64,000 nucleotides of DNA from assembly GCA_030390025.1 (NCBI GenBank), contig CM059432.1:47432001-47496000 (forward strand). The letters run 5' to 3'. This document shows, one piece after another, positions 63,038 to 64,000 of this stretch. The translations under genes were made by a program, and so were the position numbers. Each line of letters starts with the position of its first letter. Positions within the stretch are counted from its first letter, which is position 1. Source of the stretch: Squalus acanthias (taxonomy: Eukaryota). The notes below the pieces were generated by a model. The model saw nothing but the letters and a program-made list of their open reading frames with translations, searched no databases and had not been told where the DNA came from.

Positions 63038-64000
63038 TACATAAGAAATAGCAGCAGGAGTAGGCCATTTGGCCCCTCGAGCCTGCTCTGCCATTCAGTA
63101 ACATCATGGCTGATCTTCTACCTCATCTCCACTTTCCTGCACTATCCCCATATCCCTTGATTCCCTTAATATTCAAAAATCTATCGATCTCTATCTTGAA
63201 TATACTCAACGACTGAGCCTCCACAGCCCTCTGGGGTAGATTCACCATGCTCTGAGTGAAGAAATTTCTCCTCATCTCAGTCCTAAATGGCCGGCCCCTT
63301 ATTCTGAGACTTAGACCCCTGATTCTAGACTCCCCAGCCAGGGGAAACATCCTCCCTGCATCTACCCTGTAAGAATTTTGTATGTTTCAATGAGATCACC
63401 TCTCATTTTTCTGAACTTTAGAGAATATAGGCCTAGTCTACTCAATCTCTCCTCCATAGGACAATCCCCCCATCCCAGGAACCAGTCTGGTGAACTTTTG
63501 TTGCACTCCCTCTATGGCAAGTATATCCTTCCTTGGATAAGGAGACCAAAACTGTACACAATACTCCAGGTGTGGTCTCATCAGGGCCTTATATAATTGT
63601 AGTAAGACGTTTTACTCTTATACTCAAATCCTCTTGTAATAAAGGCCAACATACCATTTGCTTTCCTAATTGCTTGCTGTACCTGCATGTTAACTTTGTG
63701 ATTCGTGTACAAGGACACCCAGGTCCCTCTGAACACCAACATTTCCCAATCTCTCACCATTTAAAAAATACTCTGCTTTTCTATATTACCTACCAAAGTG
63801 GATAACTTCACATGTATCCACATTATATTCCATTTGCCATGTACTTGCCCACTCACTTAGCCTGTCTATATCCCCTTGAAGCCTCCTTGCATCCTCCTCA
63901 CAACTTACATTCCCACCCAGCTTTGTATCATCAGCAAACTTGGATATATTACATTTGGTCCCCTCATCCAAATCATTGATGTAGATTGTGAATAGCTGAG
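63038..64000 (-). mobile_element. CR1 LINE, runs off the right edge
   Basis: SKFADDTKLGG, ORF2 C-terminus and tail. Confidence 0.9.

Overview
Vertebrate genomic DNA, most likely a cartilaginous fish (shark), judged from the CR1/L2/DeuSINE-type repeat landscape. Two host genes lie head-to-head. CPNE3 (copine-3) is on the minus strand, with six coding exons from the ATG at 13414 down to 1573, continuing off the left edge. RMDN1 is on the plus strand, with three exons from the ATG at 45738 to 62247, continuing off the right edge. Between them is a complete ~11.1 kb endogenous provirus on the minus strand (28104-39236) with TG...CA LTRs, a 4-bp TSD CCTT, PBS and PPT. Its gag is intact (coiled coil, CCHC knuckle, terminal PTAP). 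Pol is in frame with gag behind a UGA-CUAG readthrough-type stop and carries both a degenerate Ty3-type RNase H (tether) and a retroviral RNase H. The decayed env resembles an F-type class I fusion protein rather than a canonical SU/TM, and appears to carry an N-terminal Ig-like domain. This architecture best fits the lokiretrovirus lineage (inference). The remainder is mostly CR1, L2 and RTE LINE fragments, SINEs, MITE-like elements, Penelope-like ends and two promoter-proximal tandem repeats. Repeat boundaries are approximate unless stated otherwise.
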